64,000 bases of DNA from Eledone cirrhosa (taxonomy: Eukaryota), in the NCBI GenBank assembly GCA_964016885.1, contig OZ024740.1:146320001-146384000 (forward strand). Reading direction: 5' to 3'. Shown here piece by piece: positions 13,690 through 27,720 of the stretch; positions within the stretch are counted from its first letter, which is position 1, and the number at the start of each line of letters is the position of its first letter. The translations under genes and the position numbers were made by a program. The notes beneath the pieces were generated by a model. That model saw only the letters and a program-made list of their open reading frames with translations. It was not told the DNA's origin and did not search any database.

Positions 13690-14385
13690 TCACTAACCTA
13701 ACTGGATCCCTCTCAAATGACGAGCTGGAACTTCTGTGCCTCGGACCCAAGTTCATAGTCTCACAGTGGCTCGATGATAGACAAAGACTCAACATCGAAG
13801 CCAACTTCTGTTGAACAGCTTATCAACCCAAATGGATAACCGCCATCAACAATACCACCAAAAATGACAACACCTACACAGCCTGCTCCAAATTCTCAAC
13901 CTACCACCTTGACAACCCACTCCAGCCACACCCACCAACCATGAGCTCGATAAGAAACTTATTAGGTTGAAATGCTCTTACATCTTGCATAAACACACAC
14001 ATGCACATACAACAGGCAACCTCACAAGTTTACATCTCACCACTCTCATAAAGCTGAAATTGAGGAACCTTGTCTGACAAAGAAACAACCTCCTAACGAG
14101 GAACAGTAGGCTACCTGCTTTCTCTCACCTCATCAAAACCCACAAACAAGGACCCAACCTGAAAATCAGGCCCATTGTATCCAGCGTGGAAGGACCACTT
14201 TATAAGATCTCATGGCTCCTGTCCAAAATCCTTAAACCTCTACTGGCCACCCTACGGGGACACGTCAACAATTCTGATGAAGTTATAGAGCAACTACACA
14301 AAATGGAACCTGATGCCATGCCTGAAGGCATAACAGGTATGCCTTCAACCCTGATGTGGTTGCTTTATACACCTCAGTTCCAGCA
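13690..14385 (+). mobile_element. Penelope-like element RT fragment
   Basis: VTNLTGSLSNDELELLCLGPKF; LIKTHKQGPNLKIRPIVSSVEGPLYKISWLLSKILKPLL; DVVALYTSVP. All are typical PLE RT motifs. Confidence 0.85.
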
Positions 14386-15319
14386 AAATATAGGGATGAA
14401 TAAATCTATTCTAAGATAACTTCATCATATATATATATATATTCTTAGACCAGGTGAAGCAGGACACTTTAGTTCAAGTTGCTCCAGTTTACTCAACTGT
14501 AGAAATGATTTGTGACGTCACTGGTGCCAAGCTGTATCGGCCATTGCCTTTCCCTTGGACATCATCGCTGGCATGGAGAGAGCGACTGCTGGTCTTCCAC
14601 AAAAAGCCTTGCCCAACTTGTGCCTCGGAGGGAAACTTTCTAGGTGCAAATCCCATGATCATTCATGAACAAAGGGCATCTTTACTTTATATATGCATAT
14701 ACACATATATAGTAATTGGTTTAGAGAAGGTACACCATATTCCTGCATGTTAGAAGAAGCAACTAAAAGGTTTAGTATCAGGAAGGGCATCTAGCTGGAA
14801 AACATTGCTTCAAAACGTCTTGTCTAACACATGTGAGCGCAGAAAAGGATGATGATGATGATGATATATACACATATATATAGCATCATCATCATCACCG
14901 TTTTATGTCCATTTTTCCACGCTAGCATGGGTTAGACAAGTTGTCCTGTTGTGGGCAATGCTTGGTCAGGTGACCATGTCTTGCTCATACAGGACATAGT
15001 TGGGCTTCATTTCTACAGCTGGATGTCCTTCCTAGAGCCAACCTCATTTACAATGAGTACTGGGTGCTTTTTATTGTGACGCCTACTCGACAACTTTACA
15101 GTATGGACTGGGTGCTTTTTGTCGTGACACCTACACGACCACTTTACAGTATGGGTTGGTTACTTTTTGTCGTGACACCTACATGAGCACTTTACAGTGT
15201 GGGCTGGTTACTTTTTGTTGTGACACCTACATGTCCACTTTACATTGGAAGGGTGAGGTGGGTGAGGCATACTGTATATATACTTCAGCTTCAGCTTATA
15301 CCCATGGGAAGTTGAGTCT

Positions 15320-15353
<34 letters not shown>

Positions 15354-16294
15354 ATATATATTTTTATATATATTATATATATATATATGTGTGTGTGTAC
15401 GTGTGTACGTGTGTGCGTGTGTGTGTGTGTATATACATATACACACACACAGATCAATAAACCACAGAATACTTCTTTCACCTGAAAAACCTTTTAAAAA
15501 GTCTCTAACTAAACATCCAATATTACACAACAAAATACAATAATCTAATAACGTAGAGTACAATAATATGTGTATACTTTATACAAAAAATGTATACCAG
15601 GTATATACATATATAGGCATGCATGTATATTACTCTTAATATTTTTCTAGGTGGTTGGGCTCAATAGTACAGTAGGCAGTGCAACAGTCTCACAATTTCA
15701 AAAGATGCAGACAAAAAGAAACCAATATTTATTATAGTGATGTGATTGCTGTACAGTAATGGTGCAGCTAAACCAAGTCTGTGACCTCCTTTCAACGTTC
15801 AGTTTTGTATACATAGATGCACACCAACAGACATACCCACACACACATGTATGTATGTATGTATGTATGTATGTATGTATGTATGTATGTATGTATGTAT
15901 GCATGTACATATGTAAACATATATTAATTTTAAGTATAATGATAAAATAAGGCACTTTTTTGAACAGGAGAATGTTTTAAATAAGAAATTGTGATAATAT
16001 TTCAAAGTCATTGAATGTGAAAAGGCAAAAATATAATGTAATCTAGAGAAATTCTAATATTTAAAATCTAATTCCTATATATGATATATGTTTCTTGAAA
16101 TGATAAAAAAAACAACAAAACATTTGACTCCGACATTTGGTATACCACATATTAAGCAAATGTTTAGTTCATAGCCATGTTACTTAGTATATGTAGTAGA
16201 GTTTAATACCTCATTTAAAGTTTCACTCCATTTTGTGTGTCCCAGGGTATGATATAGGGAAAAAATAGCATCACAATAAAAGTTATTAAAAAGA

Positions 16295-16640
16295 GGATAG
16301 GTGGTGCCTATTACATTGATAACCGCACACAAACCTGGTGCAGTCTGCGACTGACCCATGTTCTGCTGCACGTCGGGCTGAGGGGGCCAAACTCCTCAAA
16401 TACCGGTCGCTCTCCAACAGGTTTGTGGTTGTACCCCTGGCAGTGGAGACTTCTGGTGTCCTCGGCCCCAGGGCTACCTCCTTACTCACCACCATAGGTG
16501 CTTAGCTGGCCAGCCGCAGGTGTGAGCCCCGCGAGTTGGAGTGGCTCTTCCAGCACGTCTCCCTCGCCATCCTCCGGAGAAACGCCTTTTCCATTCTGTC
16601 CGCCGGGGCTGTGGGTGGGCCCCATCGCGTACCGTTGTAG
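16295..16640 (+). mobile_element. CRE-clade non-LTR retrotransposon 3' end (RLE endonuclease)
   Basis: Plus-strand frame AARRAEGAKLLKYRSL...VPLAVETSGVLGPRA...EPRELEWLFQHVSLAILRRNAFSIL matches the CRE motif K..KY..L...P.AVET.G..G...QR.SLAIQRGNA..IL. Confidence 0.8.
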
Positions 16641-18799
16641 TTGTAGAAGAAACAGGAAGACAACAACTGGAAAGTTTGATTTTCTAGAACTTGATGTTTG
16701 CTTTTTGTTAAAGGAAATAGTTAACTGATTTTATCAATATTTTAAAATACAGTTTTCAATGACACAATAGCATTATTACTATTGATCTCAAACAGGTATT
16801 AATATACAAAGTTAGAAGACTAACAAATGGTAAGATTGATGTTTGGTTTGAATATCTGAAAGTTGATGCCTTAAGCAAAACTATGGATGAGAAGGAGTTC
16901 CACTTCTCTTCTTTTTATGGTATGTCTAAAGTAAGCAACAGTTTTGCTTTTCATTTCTTTATGCCCACACTCTCAAAACCGTGTACATTGGAGGAAGCTT
17001 GTCGCCCAATACATTACTCAGTGCATGAAGAACTAAGTCTAAGTAAGTAAAAGGAAAGGACAGTGACCATAACATTCATAGCCTTTTCAAGAAAGAGGAA
17101 GAATTGGGAAAAGTGCTTAGTGTGGAATCTAAGAGGTGAGACACAATTGGGAGGAAAGGAGGAAGAGAAACATATATGGGCCTGTTTGGTGTGGTATACA
17201 AAAAACATCACCCAAAGGAACATCTTCAGATGTAGTAGTAACAGAAGAAGTAAAATGAGAAAACAGCACATGTATGTATGAGCTAGTAATTAAAGCATAT
17301 TGGTGAATGATTATCAGGTAATGAAGCAGATGACCTTCTTTAGGATGTACTTTTCAGTGTTTGCATGTGTAGCAGAAACAGAATGATGAGTTTTATGATA
17401 GTTCTAAATGTTTAAATGCTGCTTACATATTTCTTCTGGTATGATGATAGATGCCTCCACTACTCCACCAACAATTTCGTTAGCATATTTATATTGAAAC
17501 ATACTGTATTTAAATTAATTAATGAAGAATTTGGTGTGATTTACTAAAATGATTAATTATCTCATTAATAAGATGGCATTTGTAATATAATTTAACAAGC
17601 CATCACAGAATGGCAGTATTGATGTTTGGTTTTAACATCTATACCATGAAAAAACAAACCTGATACACACCCTGAAGTGGTTGGCATTAAGTAAGGCATC
17701 CAGCCATAAAAACCATGTGAAAATGAAACACGAGCAAGTCATAGCTGCCTGAGCTGCCCGTTTAGCCTCAAAATGTGATAAACCATGTAATCCATGCAAG
17801 CATGGAGAATAATATCAAATGGTGATGATGATCATCATCATGAAAATGCTCTTATATTTTCTTTTTTTTTGTGTGTGTGTGTGTGTGTGGGTGGAGGTGG
17901 TGGTGGGGGGTGGGGGTGGAGTTTCAATCTAAATAATAACCCTTCAAAATGTGTTGCTTTGTTTCATAGAACTAAAGCTAGTCTAGGGGAAATTAGTATC
18001 AAAAGTGTTAATTATGGAATTCATGTGGTATTGTTTTAACTATATTTTTCAAAGCTAACAATACCCAGGTCACTGCTCCTCAAACTGCTAAACTTTACAG
18101 GAGCCTCAATAGACAGCTGAGCATAAAACTGCTGATGCTTATTTTTGGTGATGGCAGTGATGAAAATTACAGTGGAAATAATGAAGATGTGATTCAGCTG
18201 TACCTTAGTAGTGGAGTGAATTGGTGAGAATGATTCACAGTAAAGACAGTAGACATTTCTGGACATTAAAATATACTGTTTTATACATAATCATGAAAGG
18301 ATGGAGTGAGATGGTAATACATGCTACTTGAGCATATGTTATGATAATATTGATCAAGCAATTCATAGACTGACAGTTGATACCTGTCAAGGTAGATTAA
18401 CCAACAAAAGGAAAGGCTTCTTCAATGATATGAGTTATGAGATTGATGAGATATAACCTAGTTTTGCAACTACACACAATGGTGTAAATAAACTTGAGTG
18501 ATATAAATTATTTTGAAATTTATAACATTATTTTTAAAAAGCATGTTAATTATTCTAGCTATCTCTCTTTTTTTAAAGTTAATATGCATTGTTCACAGGG
18601 ATAATAGATTATAGATAATTTTCCTTATGTCCTACATACCAACTCTTCTGATCTTGTAGGTAGAATAAAGCAATAATAATTATACTGCACGTGGGTTTTG
18701 AAGACAGGTTAAAATAGTACCGAATGTAGACAAGACTATAATCAATTTTAATTTACAACAGTCAAAGCAAAATTTACATAAATGTTTTTGAGAATCATC

Positions 18800-21490
18800 T
18801 TTATCATCATAATCATCATCAATATTTAACATCCATTTTCCAAGTTTGCATGGGTTAGATAGGTTGTCAGGTTAAGAGATGAGTCAGGTCAGGTGACCAT
18901 ATCTCGCTCATATGGATCTGTATTTTGACTTGGTTTCTACTATTGGATGCGCTTCCTAATTCCGATCATGTTACAGTGTGAACTAAATGCTTTTTTATCA
19001 ACAGGGTGGATGGAGTTATTTTTCATTGTGTCACCTGCATGACCACCTTACATAGTGAACTGGGTGCTATTTGTCATGTTACCAGCATGTTACCTTGGAC
19101 TGTGCACTTTTTGTCCCTAGCACAACCACTTACAGAGGGGACTGTGCGCTTTTTGTTGTGTCCCAGGCTAGACAAAGTGTTTTAGTAGCAACATGGGGGG
19201 GGGGAGAAGAGTAGGTTTGGAGCATGTCCAGCTTTCCATGCTTGTATACATGGGTTCAATAGAATAGGAGAGGTACATCAGAAGTGTGGAAGGTGGGGAG
19301 GGGAACGAATATGCAAGTTGGGCATGGATGAGGTGAATGGGATATTTAGTTGGGGAGGGCAGGGTATTAAAAGTGGGAAGGGTAAATGGAGGAGGAGTAA
19401 GCAGAGAGTTGGTTCAGAGTAGTGTCCTCTACATCAGGGGTTCTCAACCTTTTTTTCGCTGTGGACAACCAAAATAAATAATTTTTTCCTGTGGACCACC
19501 TAAATCTTTTGTAATAGAACTGCTACTTATAAGCATCAGTAGATGTTTTTTTTTCAATGAATTAGAAAATGCTATTATCATGTCGCAGTGCCTAAAAATC
19601 TACGCAAATAAACAGCTGAAGTCGTACTTATGCGAAGAATAAGAACAGCGCTTTAAGTCAAATGCATGGATCAAAAAAGAATTTGCTATTGAAAATTTTC
19701 TGTGGACCACCTGAATTTTCCTGTGGGCCACTAGTGGTCCACATGGACCAGATTGAGAACCTCTGCTCTACATGATTGTTTCATCCTGTGCACATGGGAA
19801 GGTGGGTCTTCAGTAATACAGTATAACACCAGAGCTTCAATGCTGAACCATCTCCTTGAGAGGTTAAAGTGGTGAAGACCAGCTTTTATCAGTTCATCCT
19901 AAGCTATCCTAGGTCTTCCTCTTCCATAGTTTCCATTGACTTTGAGAAACCTTCATCGTTTTATACAGCTGTCATCCTCCATACACATCACATGCCCACA
20001 TTACCACAATCTCCTCTCTTGCACACTGCATTTTACCCCTCTTATACCCAGTCTCTCTCTTAATTTATTGACTTTTTGCTATTCATGCACAATAGTATTA
20101 CACATCCATTAAAGCATGCAAGTTTCATTTCTTTCCAATCTTTTAGGTTCTCGCACACTGTGCCCAGGTCTCACTTCCATGCAGCCTTGCTGTTCGTACA
20201 CAAGCATCATACAATCTGCCTTTCATTTTGAGGGTAAACCCTTTGTAGATAGCAATGGTAGTAGCTCCTTGAACATTTTCTATCCTGTTCTCACTCTGGC
20301 TACTGTACATTCAGAATACCCACCTCCACAGCTAATTTGGTCACCCAGGTAACAGAAGCCATTAACTACTTCTATATAACCCTCTGAGCATTTAATAGAG
20401 TTTGTTTTCTGTGAGCTCTTGCTGGTTACTTCTCCTGTGCATCTACTACATAGGATACCTATGTTCTTTGCTAGCCTGCTACATCTCTTGTTTTACTCAT
20501 AGTTTGTAGTTGGGACATAGGATGAAATTTATACCCGCTCCTTTCCTGCACACTAAACAAGGCTATTTCCCTGAAGGAATCAGCGCCTTGTTTTCCTTTC
20601 TATAAAGACTATAAGCTTTGCCAAGTTGTTTTTATGAGCTTTTGATTCCAAGCTATGCTTCCAGGTAAGGAATTTCTTCTCTAATTCTGCAAAAGATTTA
20701 GATCATCAGCTTATAGGAGTTCCCATGGGCAGTCAGTCTTGAACTCTTCTGTTATAGCCTTCAGGGCTAAGAACAGATCCCTGATGGACCCCAACTTGCA
20801 CACAAATTCCTCCCTATAATCATTGTTAATTTTAACCTTACTGACTGCTCCTCTATACATAGCTTGTCCCTCCCTCTCAAGCCTTAATTGTCTTATTAAA
20901 TTGCTGCTGACTTGTATGGCTGGTCCTACTGTTGGGGCAGATTATCTTCCTCCTATGCTTTCTCCTCATTCAGCAGTCTATCATAATGGCTCTTCCATGC
21001 TACTTTGTTTTGAGCCAGTGAAAATAAGTGCACCATTATCATCTCAGACACACTTCTCTCCAATGACATCATGATTTTCTCAGACAGATTGTCTTGCAAT
21101 CCTAAATACCTCGTTTCTTTGGTCTTCACATTATTTGTCGCCTAGATTCTCTCCTAGTTTTCTGGTAATGTCCTCTGCTTCTCCTATTCTGCCAGTCTTT
21201 CTATGCCAGCTATATGGATTTAATTGCCTCATTCACCTTAGTATTCTACCACCAAGTCACTCTACTTCTCTTTGGAGCCTTGCTTCAGCCACAGGCAAGG
21301 TCTGTGGCCTTCAGCAGATTATCTCTCAGGAACTTCCACTGCTCCTCTATATTGTATGTCTCTATTTATTCTTCCATACTGTCAAAAACGTCAAGCATGA
21401 TACTTCTAAATTTGTTGCTGGCTGAGGGCTTCCTCAACTTCCGTGTCCTTTTCCTTCAGGTCACCCTCTTTTTCCAAGTTCGTCTAGCCC
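18800..21490 (-). mobile_element. Old, degraded RTE LINE related to the 54525 copy, interrupted by a hAT MITE
   Basis: (CAT)n tail and 3' UTR at 18800-19300. Minus-strand remnants EEFKTDCPWELL*ADD, LGDQISCGGG and ARVRTG. Confidence 0.85.
19435..19765. mobile_element. hAT (Charlie-type) MITE
   Basis: TIRs CAGGGGTTCTCAA / TTGAGAACCTCTG with a perfect 8-bp TSD CTCTACAT on both sides. Confidence 0.92.
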
Positions 21491-23074
21491 TAACTATAAA
21501 TACGTTCTATTCTTGTTTAAATTTTTAATGGCTTTGCGTACAGAAACTTCTTTAATTTGTACATATGGTCCTTTAAACAGATTCTATTGTTTCATCATCA
21601 CCATCGTTTGTTTACTATTATTTCAGAAAAGATGTTATGCAGAATTAGTATACAAATACTTTGTTTAATTGAGATTAAGTTAGAAAGTTTAGGCTAGTAA
21701 CTGAATTAGTTTTCAGTAATAAATTTCAGAAATGAAAATTATACAAGAAATAATTTTAGAGTTATTCTAATGTTTAATGTGGGGCTTTACGGGTTGGTTA
21801 GGTATAATAGAGAAATAGATAGAATATGTTTTCTTTTATCCATTTTATATTATATTCAAATATTTCATTGATCTTTTTCTTTGCTCTTTTATTGCTTTTA
21901 GCCATTCAGTTGTGCCTTTAGTAGGGTACTGCTATCTGCTATGGTCATGCTCTTCAAGTGTACTGAAAATTTCATACTGAAGCTCATGCTACTTCATAAT
22001 AGAGGATATTTTGATTCGACAGCTATCTAAGATGGATTTATTGACATTTTATGATATATACAAACCTCATCGCCATTGATATCTAAATTACATTTCATAC
22101 AGCTATAAGATATATAAATAACAATCAATCAGGATGAATATATATGACTTAAATTGCTTGTTGGTTTCATTGAGGTCCATACATACTTTTTTTTAGTTAA
22201 GAAGGATAATTTTCATCAATTCAGAATTGGTTCAAATCTTCAATATGAGGATGCCTGCCTCCCACCAGTCCCAGAGGCCCCTAAAAGGTCATAAATATTG
22301 TCCTTCCCTTCCTGACTAAAGAGTTTTAAAGATTTAGCTGACGGACTAAACTTCTTGATTTCTACTTGAACTAAACATGTAACAAATCTATTTTTTTCTG
22401 AAAAACTACAAGAAGTAAGACAATCTCACTAAGAACTCCAATGATATCTTGATGAGATTTATATAAAGTGTAAAAATATATACAGCAATTTAGTTCTCGG
22501 CTTTTTGGTTCACAATATTAATAAGAAATTACTATCTTATATATCAATGTGACCTAAAAGGCAATTCACATTTATTTTCTTTCTCATCAATGTTAAATAC
22601 AAAATTCATATTTCACAAAATAAGAAACAGCATTAATCAATAAAGCAACAGCATGGGATAGATCACAGGCTCAATTTTGTTTAGGCAATATATGTAGAAA
22701 TAACTAAGAGATGAAAGGCAATGAAAATGTTTTGCATCATGAGTTAATGTTAAATTCAATTTGATCTCCTTCACACCTAATTTCCATAATGTTCAGAGTA
22801 AAGACCTAAAAACACAAACAATTTAGTATTTTCAACAAAATAAAAAAAGGAATCTTAAAAATCAAAATTAGCATGGAAATTTTCCTCATAGAATTTTCAA
22901 AGTATGCAACTTTGGTATATTAAAAATAATAATAATAAATTGCATATTTTCTCTAACAAATTTTGAATTATAAAATTAATTTTGTATTAGATTTCCAGAA
23001 TATTACATAAATATGCATACTTACTTCAAGATGTAAAATGTACATAGACACATTATAATATGCATATTGTATAT

Positions 23075-23360
23075 ATCATCATCATTTTTACGTCCACTTT
23101 TCCCTGCTTGCAAGGGTGGGACAGGAACTGATTCTGGCTTGATTTCTACCGCTGGATGCCCTTCCTAACACCAACGACCACTTTACAGTGGAATGATATG
23201 GACACCAGTCCCTATCATCTCATTTCTACAGCTGAGTAAACTGGAGCAATGTGAAATAAAGAGTCTTGCTCAAGGAAACAACACATCACCCGGTCTGAGA
23301 ATTGAACTCACAACCTTTTGATTGCAAGCCCAATGCTCTAACCACTAACCGATGTGCCTC
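23075..23360 (-). mobile_element. tRNA/CORE-like SINE with an RTE-type tail (other copies 23797-24140 +, 42220-42525 -, 49420-49710 -)
   Basis: Same sequence blocks as the full-length copy at 48917-49264. Confidence 0.85.
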
Positions 23361-23374
23361 TATAATAATAATAA

Positions 23375-23410
<36 letters not shown>

Positions 23411-23454
23411 TCATCACATCATCGTTTAACGTCCATATTCCACGCTTGCATGGG

Positions 23455-23746
<292 letters not shown>

Positions 23747-23761
23747 GTATATCTCTCTCTG

Positions 23762-23800
<39 letters not shown>

Positions 23801-24194
23801 AAGGTTGTGAGTTCAATTCTCAGACCGAGTGATGTGTTGTTTCCTTGAGCAAGACACTTTATTTCACATTGCTCCAGTTTACTCAGCTGTAGAAATGAGA
23901 TGATAGGGACTGGGGTCCATATCATTCCACTGCAAAGAGGTCGTGGAGGTGCCACGGCAAAAAAGCACCCAGCCCACACTGTAAAGTGGAGGTGTAGGCG
24001 CCACGGAATAAGAGCACCCACCACTCACTGTAAATGAGGTTCGTGTTAGGAAAGGCATCCAGCTGTAGAAATCAAGCCAGAATCAGTTCCCGTCCCACCC
24101 TTGCAAGCAGGGAAAAGCGGACGTAAAATGATGATGATGTTGATATATATATATATAATAAGAACAAAGGGGAGGTGGTGCATCAAGAATTTAT

Positions 24195-24287
24195 TGATCA
24201 GTCACGGTTACAATTGTTTCATAAACAGTCGGGTTAATATTCCAGACCAGATTCCAGATCTGCTTGATCCTCAGACCAATGCAATCA
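24195..24287 (-). ncRNA. Putative type-I hammerhead ribozyme
   Basis: Minus strand: tggt CTGAGGA t caagcag...ctgttta t GAAAC AATT GTA accg, followed by AATAAA. Confidence 0.6.
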
Positions 24288-24479
24288 CAACAAAATTATC
24301 CACATGAGATCTGTGGACAACCAACTGGTTACAAACAAGTATAAAGAGATTGTCCAATCAGAGACCCAGAATTCACCAGACACACATACACATTACAAAT
24401 AAACCACTGGTCTATACAAACAAATAAAGATACTCACACAAATACATAGGACTACATGTACACACACACACACACATAC

Positions 24480-24812
24480 ATAGGGGTAAAGATCCTCTTC
24501 GCTCACGAATGACCATGGGATTTGCACCTAGAAATTTTCCCACTGAGGCACAAGTCTGGGCAAGGTTGTTTGTGGAAAACCAGCAGTTGCCCTGGCATAC
24601 CAGCCTCCCATCTCCACACCACCAATGATGTCCAAGGGCAAGGCAATGATACAGTTTGGAATCAGTGATGTTGCAACTCATTTCTACAGCTGAATAAACT
24701 GGAGCAATGTGAAATAAAGTGTCTTGCTCAAGGACACAGCGCATCACCCAGTCCGAGAATCGAACTCACAACCTTCCATTTGCAAGCCCAATGCTCTCAC
24801 CACTAAGCCTTC
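24480..24812 (-). mobile_element. tRNA/CORE-like SINE with an alternative tail (relative at ~14445-14690 +)
   Basis: A/B-box-like head and CCTTGAGCAAGACACTTTATTTCAC..CAGCTGTAGAAATGAG core, then a different 3' module ending GCAAATCCCATGGTCATTCGTGA..GGATCTTTACC. Confidence 0.8.
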
Positions 24813-25497
24813 ACACATACATACACACACACATATATATATATATATATAGAGAGAGAAATGCACATCATCATCATCATTTTGTGTCCGCTTTTCCCTG
24901 CTTGAAAGGGTGGGACAGGTCCTATTCAGCACAGCATCTCTCCACTTGTCACGGTCCTTCATCATCTCCTCTGTGAGCTTCAGCGATCTGAGGTCCGCCC
25001 ATGTTTTTTGTGGTCTTCCTGTATTGCGTCTTCTTTCTACTGGGATTTCTTGGCACTTCTTTACCCAGCGGTCATCCTCTATGCGCATCACATGTCCATA
25101 CCAATCTTCTCTCCTGCACACTACAACTTATCCCTCTTATGCACAGTTTCTCTCTCAACTCATCTATGCTTGGTCGTTCACACACACATGCATATACATA
25201 TATACATGCATATATATACATGCATACATACATGTATACATACATGCATGCATACATACATGTATACATACATGCATGCATACATACATATACATACATA
25301 TATACATACATACATACACACATACATACATGCATACAACATACATATATATACAAGGACCAATTCACTGAGAAGGTTGTACATGAGAACTTGAGATGAA
25401 AGACATAGACAATAGAGGCAATAAACCATACTTAAAGCCTGACATGGAGTTTTGACAATTTCATAACATTCCACCTTGAAGGATACCTCCATGCAGT

Positions 25498-25890
25498 TTA
25501 AAAACAAGAAATCTCCACCAAGTACTTATTGCATGAAAGAGGAAGATCATCAGGAAGGTGGCCGGTCAAAAATAAACTCCAAATTAAGAGAAAGAGAGAA
25601 CACATACATACATGATGGCTGCAAACTCTGCTAAGAGTATTGCAATCGCTTGTCAGATTCAGATGTGATGCTCGGATATGGCTTTTCAAGCCTACTAGAG
25701 ACTTGCACTCCTTCACATATTGACAACAACTATGGATCTCCCTGGCCTCAGGTCTTGTATCAGGTTGCCTGTGAACCTTCACAATACCATGGAGATCATA
25801 GTTCACTGATTCTCTTTGAACATGGCTGCGACTGTGGCTCCTGAGACCAAATTTGCTCAAGCAAATCTTTCCACACTCAGGACACACCAA
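25498..25890 (-). mobile_element. RTE-type LINE 3' end with two C2H2-like zinc fingers
   Basis: CPECGKICLSKFGLRSHSRSH and a decayed second finger KECKSLVGLKSHIRASH, typical of RTE ORF C-termini. No splice context. Confidence 0.6.
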
Positions 25891-25892
25891 TT

Positions 25893-26972
25893 CATACCAA
25901 TTTTTCAGGAAAAATCCTAAACAACACCGGAAACTTCCACATTAACAGTGATACAGACTGCCTCTACTTGAAACGTAAGCAGGGAGGCAAAAGCCTAACA
26001 TCAGTCCAGATAGCATCAGTCCAGATATGATGATTGTCGCATCATATCCCTCCAACAACATTTATGAACCTCGAAGCATAGGAGCCCATCTATTGAGCAA
26101 GTCTATCTGCATAAGACAGATAAGATCATGAGAGTTGGAAAGGAACTCCTTGAAAGATACTCCCTGCATGACAATCAAAAACTCACACCATGGGAATTGC
26201 CCAGCAGTACTGCAGTGAATCCATGGATGAAAAACTACATGCTTATCAGCAAAAAATTCATGCATGGATATGTTGCTAGGAAGCTCAAGAGTGAGAGTAA
26301 AATATAGACAAGCAAAGTAGTCTATCTTGTACCAACAACCACTATATTGGCTCCCACTTTGAAGGATATGTTTTTGCAATCCAACAACAGGAAATCAACA
26401 TAATACCTAATTCACAAAAGTGATAGGGATGCAGGCAAAACACCTAGATGTGACAACAAATGCAAACTCTGCAGAATTAACATCGAAGATGTCACCCATG
26501 TCATAAGCAGCTGTCCAAAGATGTCATCACAGTACTATCTACCTATGAGGCATGACGTAGTGGCCAAAACACTACAATGCAATCCATAGAAAAGATAACC
26601 CAGACAATAAACACATTAAAAGTTACAGTAATGTGGAAGACATACATATACATAATATGAAAGAGTACAATAAACACATTAAAAGTTATATACATAATAT
26701 AAAAGAGTAGTAGTGGAATTTTCCAGTCGATACCCCAATAAAATGCAAGCACAACATACCAAATATAATGATATGGAACAGGGAAAAGAAGGCATGCACA
26801 GTAGTGGAAGTTAGCTGCCCAGCAGATGCCAATATAATATTAAAGATTAGCGAAAAGGAGAATATCTATGTAGAACTAATGAGAAATCTGCAGATACTCC
26901 ACCCTGACTATACCTTCAGATTTATACCTGTGATTATCGGGGCACTCGGATTCGTTAGTAACTGCCTCAGTA
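25893..26972 (+). mobile_element. Degenerate R4/Dong-like RLE non-LTR retrotransposon (thumb, CCHC knuckle, endonuclease)
   Basis: FHINSDTDCLYLKRKQGGKSL; EGYVFAIQQQEI; CKLC...EDVTHVISSCPKM...RHDVVAK; HNIPNIMIWNREKKACTVVEVSCPAD...IPVIIGALG. Confidence 0.85.
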
Positions 26973-27720
26973 CAAATCTTGACTCTAAACAATATTTGCT
27001 ATTCACCTCAAGCCATCCAAAACATAAAAAGACAAATATTCTGTTTAATCTAGCAAGAAGAATCTGTCCAGTTGTATCACATTATGAAATGCAGAATAAA
27101 AGGCTCCGAGTATTAAAACAAATACCAATTAAAAGACAGTACCCATCAATATTAATAGATAATGAATGTACCAAATCAATAGATGTCAAAGAACTAGGAA
27201 AAACAAGAATGAAAAAGCACTTTATTGTATTTCACACAAAATAATCAAAGACAAAAGACAACCAAAAACCCTTTAAAAAAATACTATTCCCCAGTGCCAG
27301 ATTATCAACTGCATACCCAACACCAACAGTCAAAAAGTGTGGTTGCTTTAATTGTGGAACCTGCATCAACCTTATTGAAGATGCATTGTAGAAATTTAAA
27401 ACAGGAAAATTTTTATTGTAAAAAATCATTCCACCTGTCATAAAAAAAATGTAATATATGCTATTAAATGTAAAGGATGTCACAAAGACTACATAAAGCA
27501 AACAAAACTTACCCTCAGAAGCAAAATGACTATACATCGTCAACAAATACGAAACCCCAGTACTTGACAGATTCCACTAAGTGGGCATTTAGACTTATAA
27601 ACAACAAATAAGTCCCCAGATTTCAAGCCTTCCCACTTTACCTTTGTTTATACAATACTACAAATCAAACACGAATAAAGAAAACATAATTATACAAAAA
27701 TACATAACTGAACAAAATTT
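26973..27720 (+). mobile_element. Degenerate Penelope-like element (thumb plus GIY-YIG)
   Basis: DSKQYLLFTSSHPKHKKTNILFNLARRICPVVS and NVIYAIKCKGCHKDYIKQTKLTLRSKMTIHRQQIRNP. Confidence 0.85.

Noticed and set aside
16286-16728. GC-rich track ORFs as a host exon
   Set aside because: Another plus-strand frame matches a CRE retrotransposon endonuclease with a stop
25498-25890. Possible host C2H2 zinc-finger gene
   Set aside because: No TGEKP linkers or splice signals; the pattern fits a LINE C-terminal finger and the second finger is decayed
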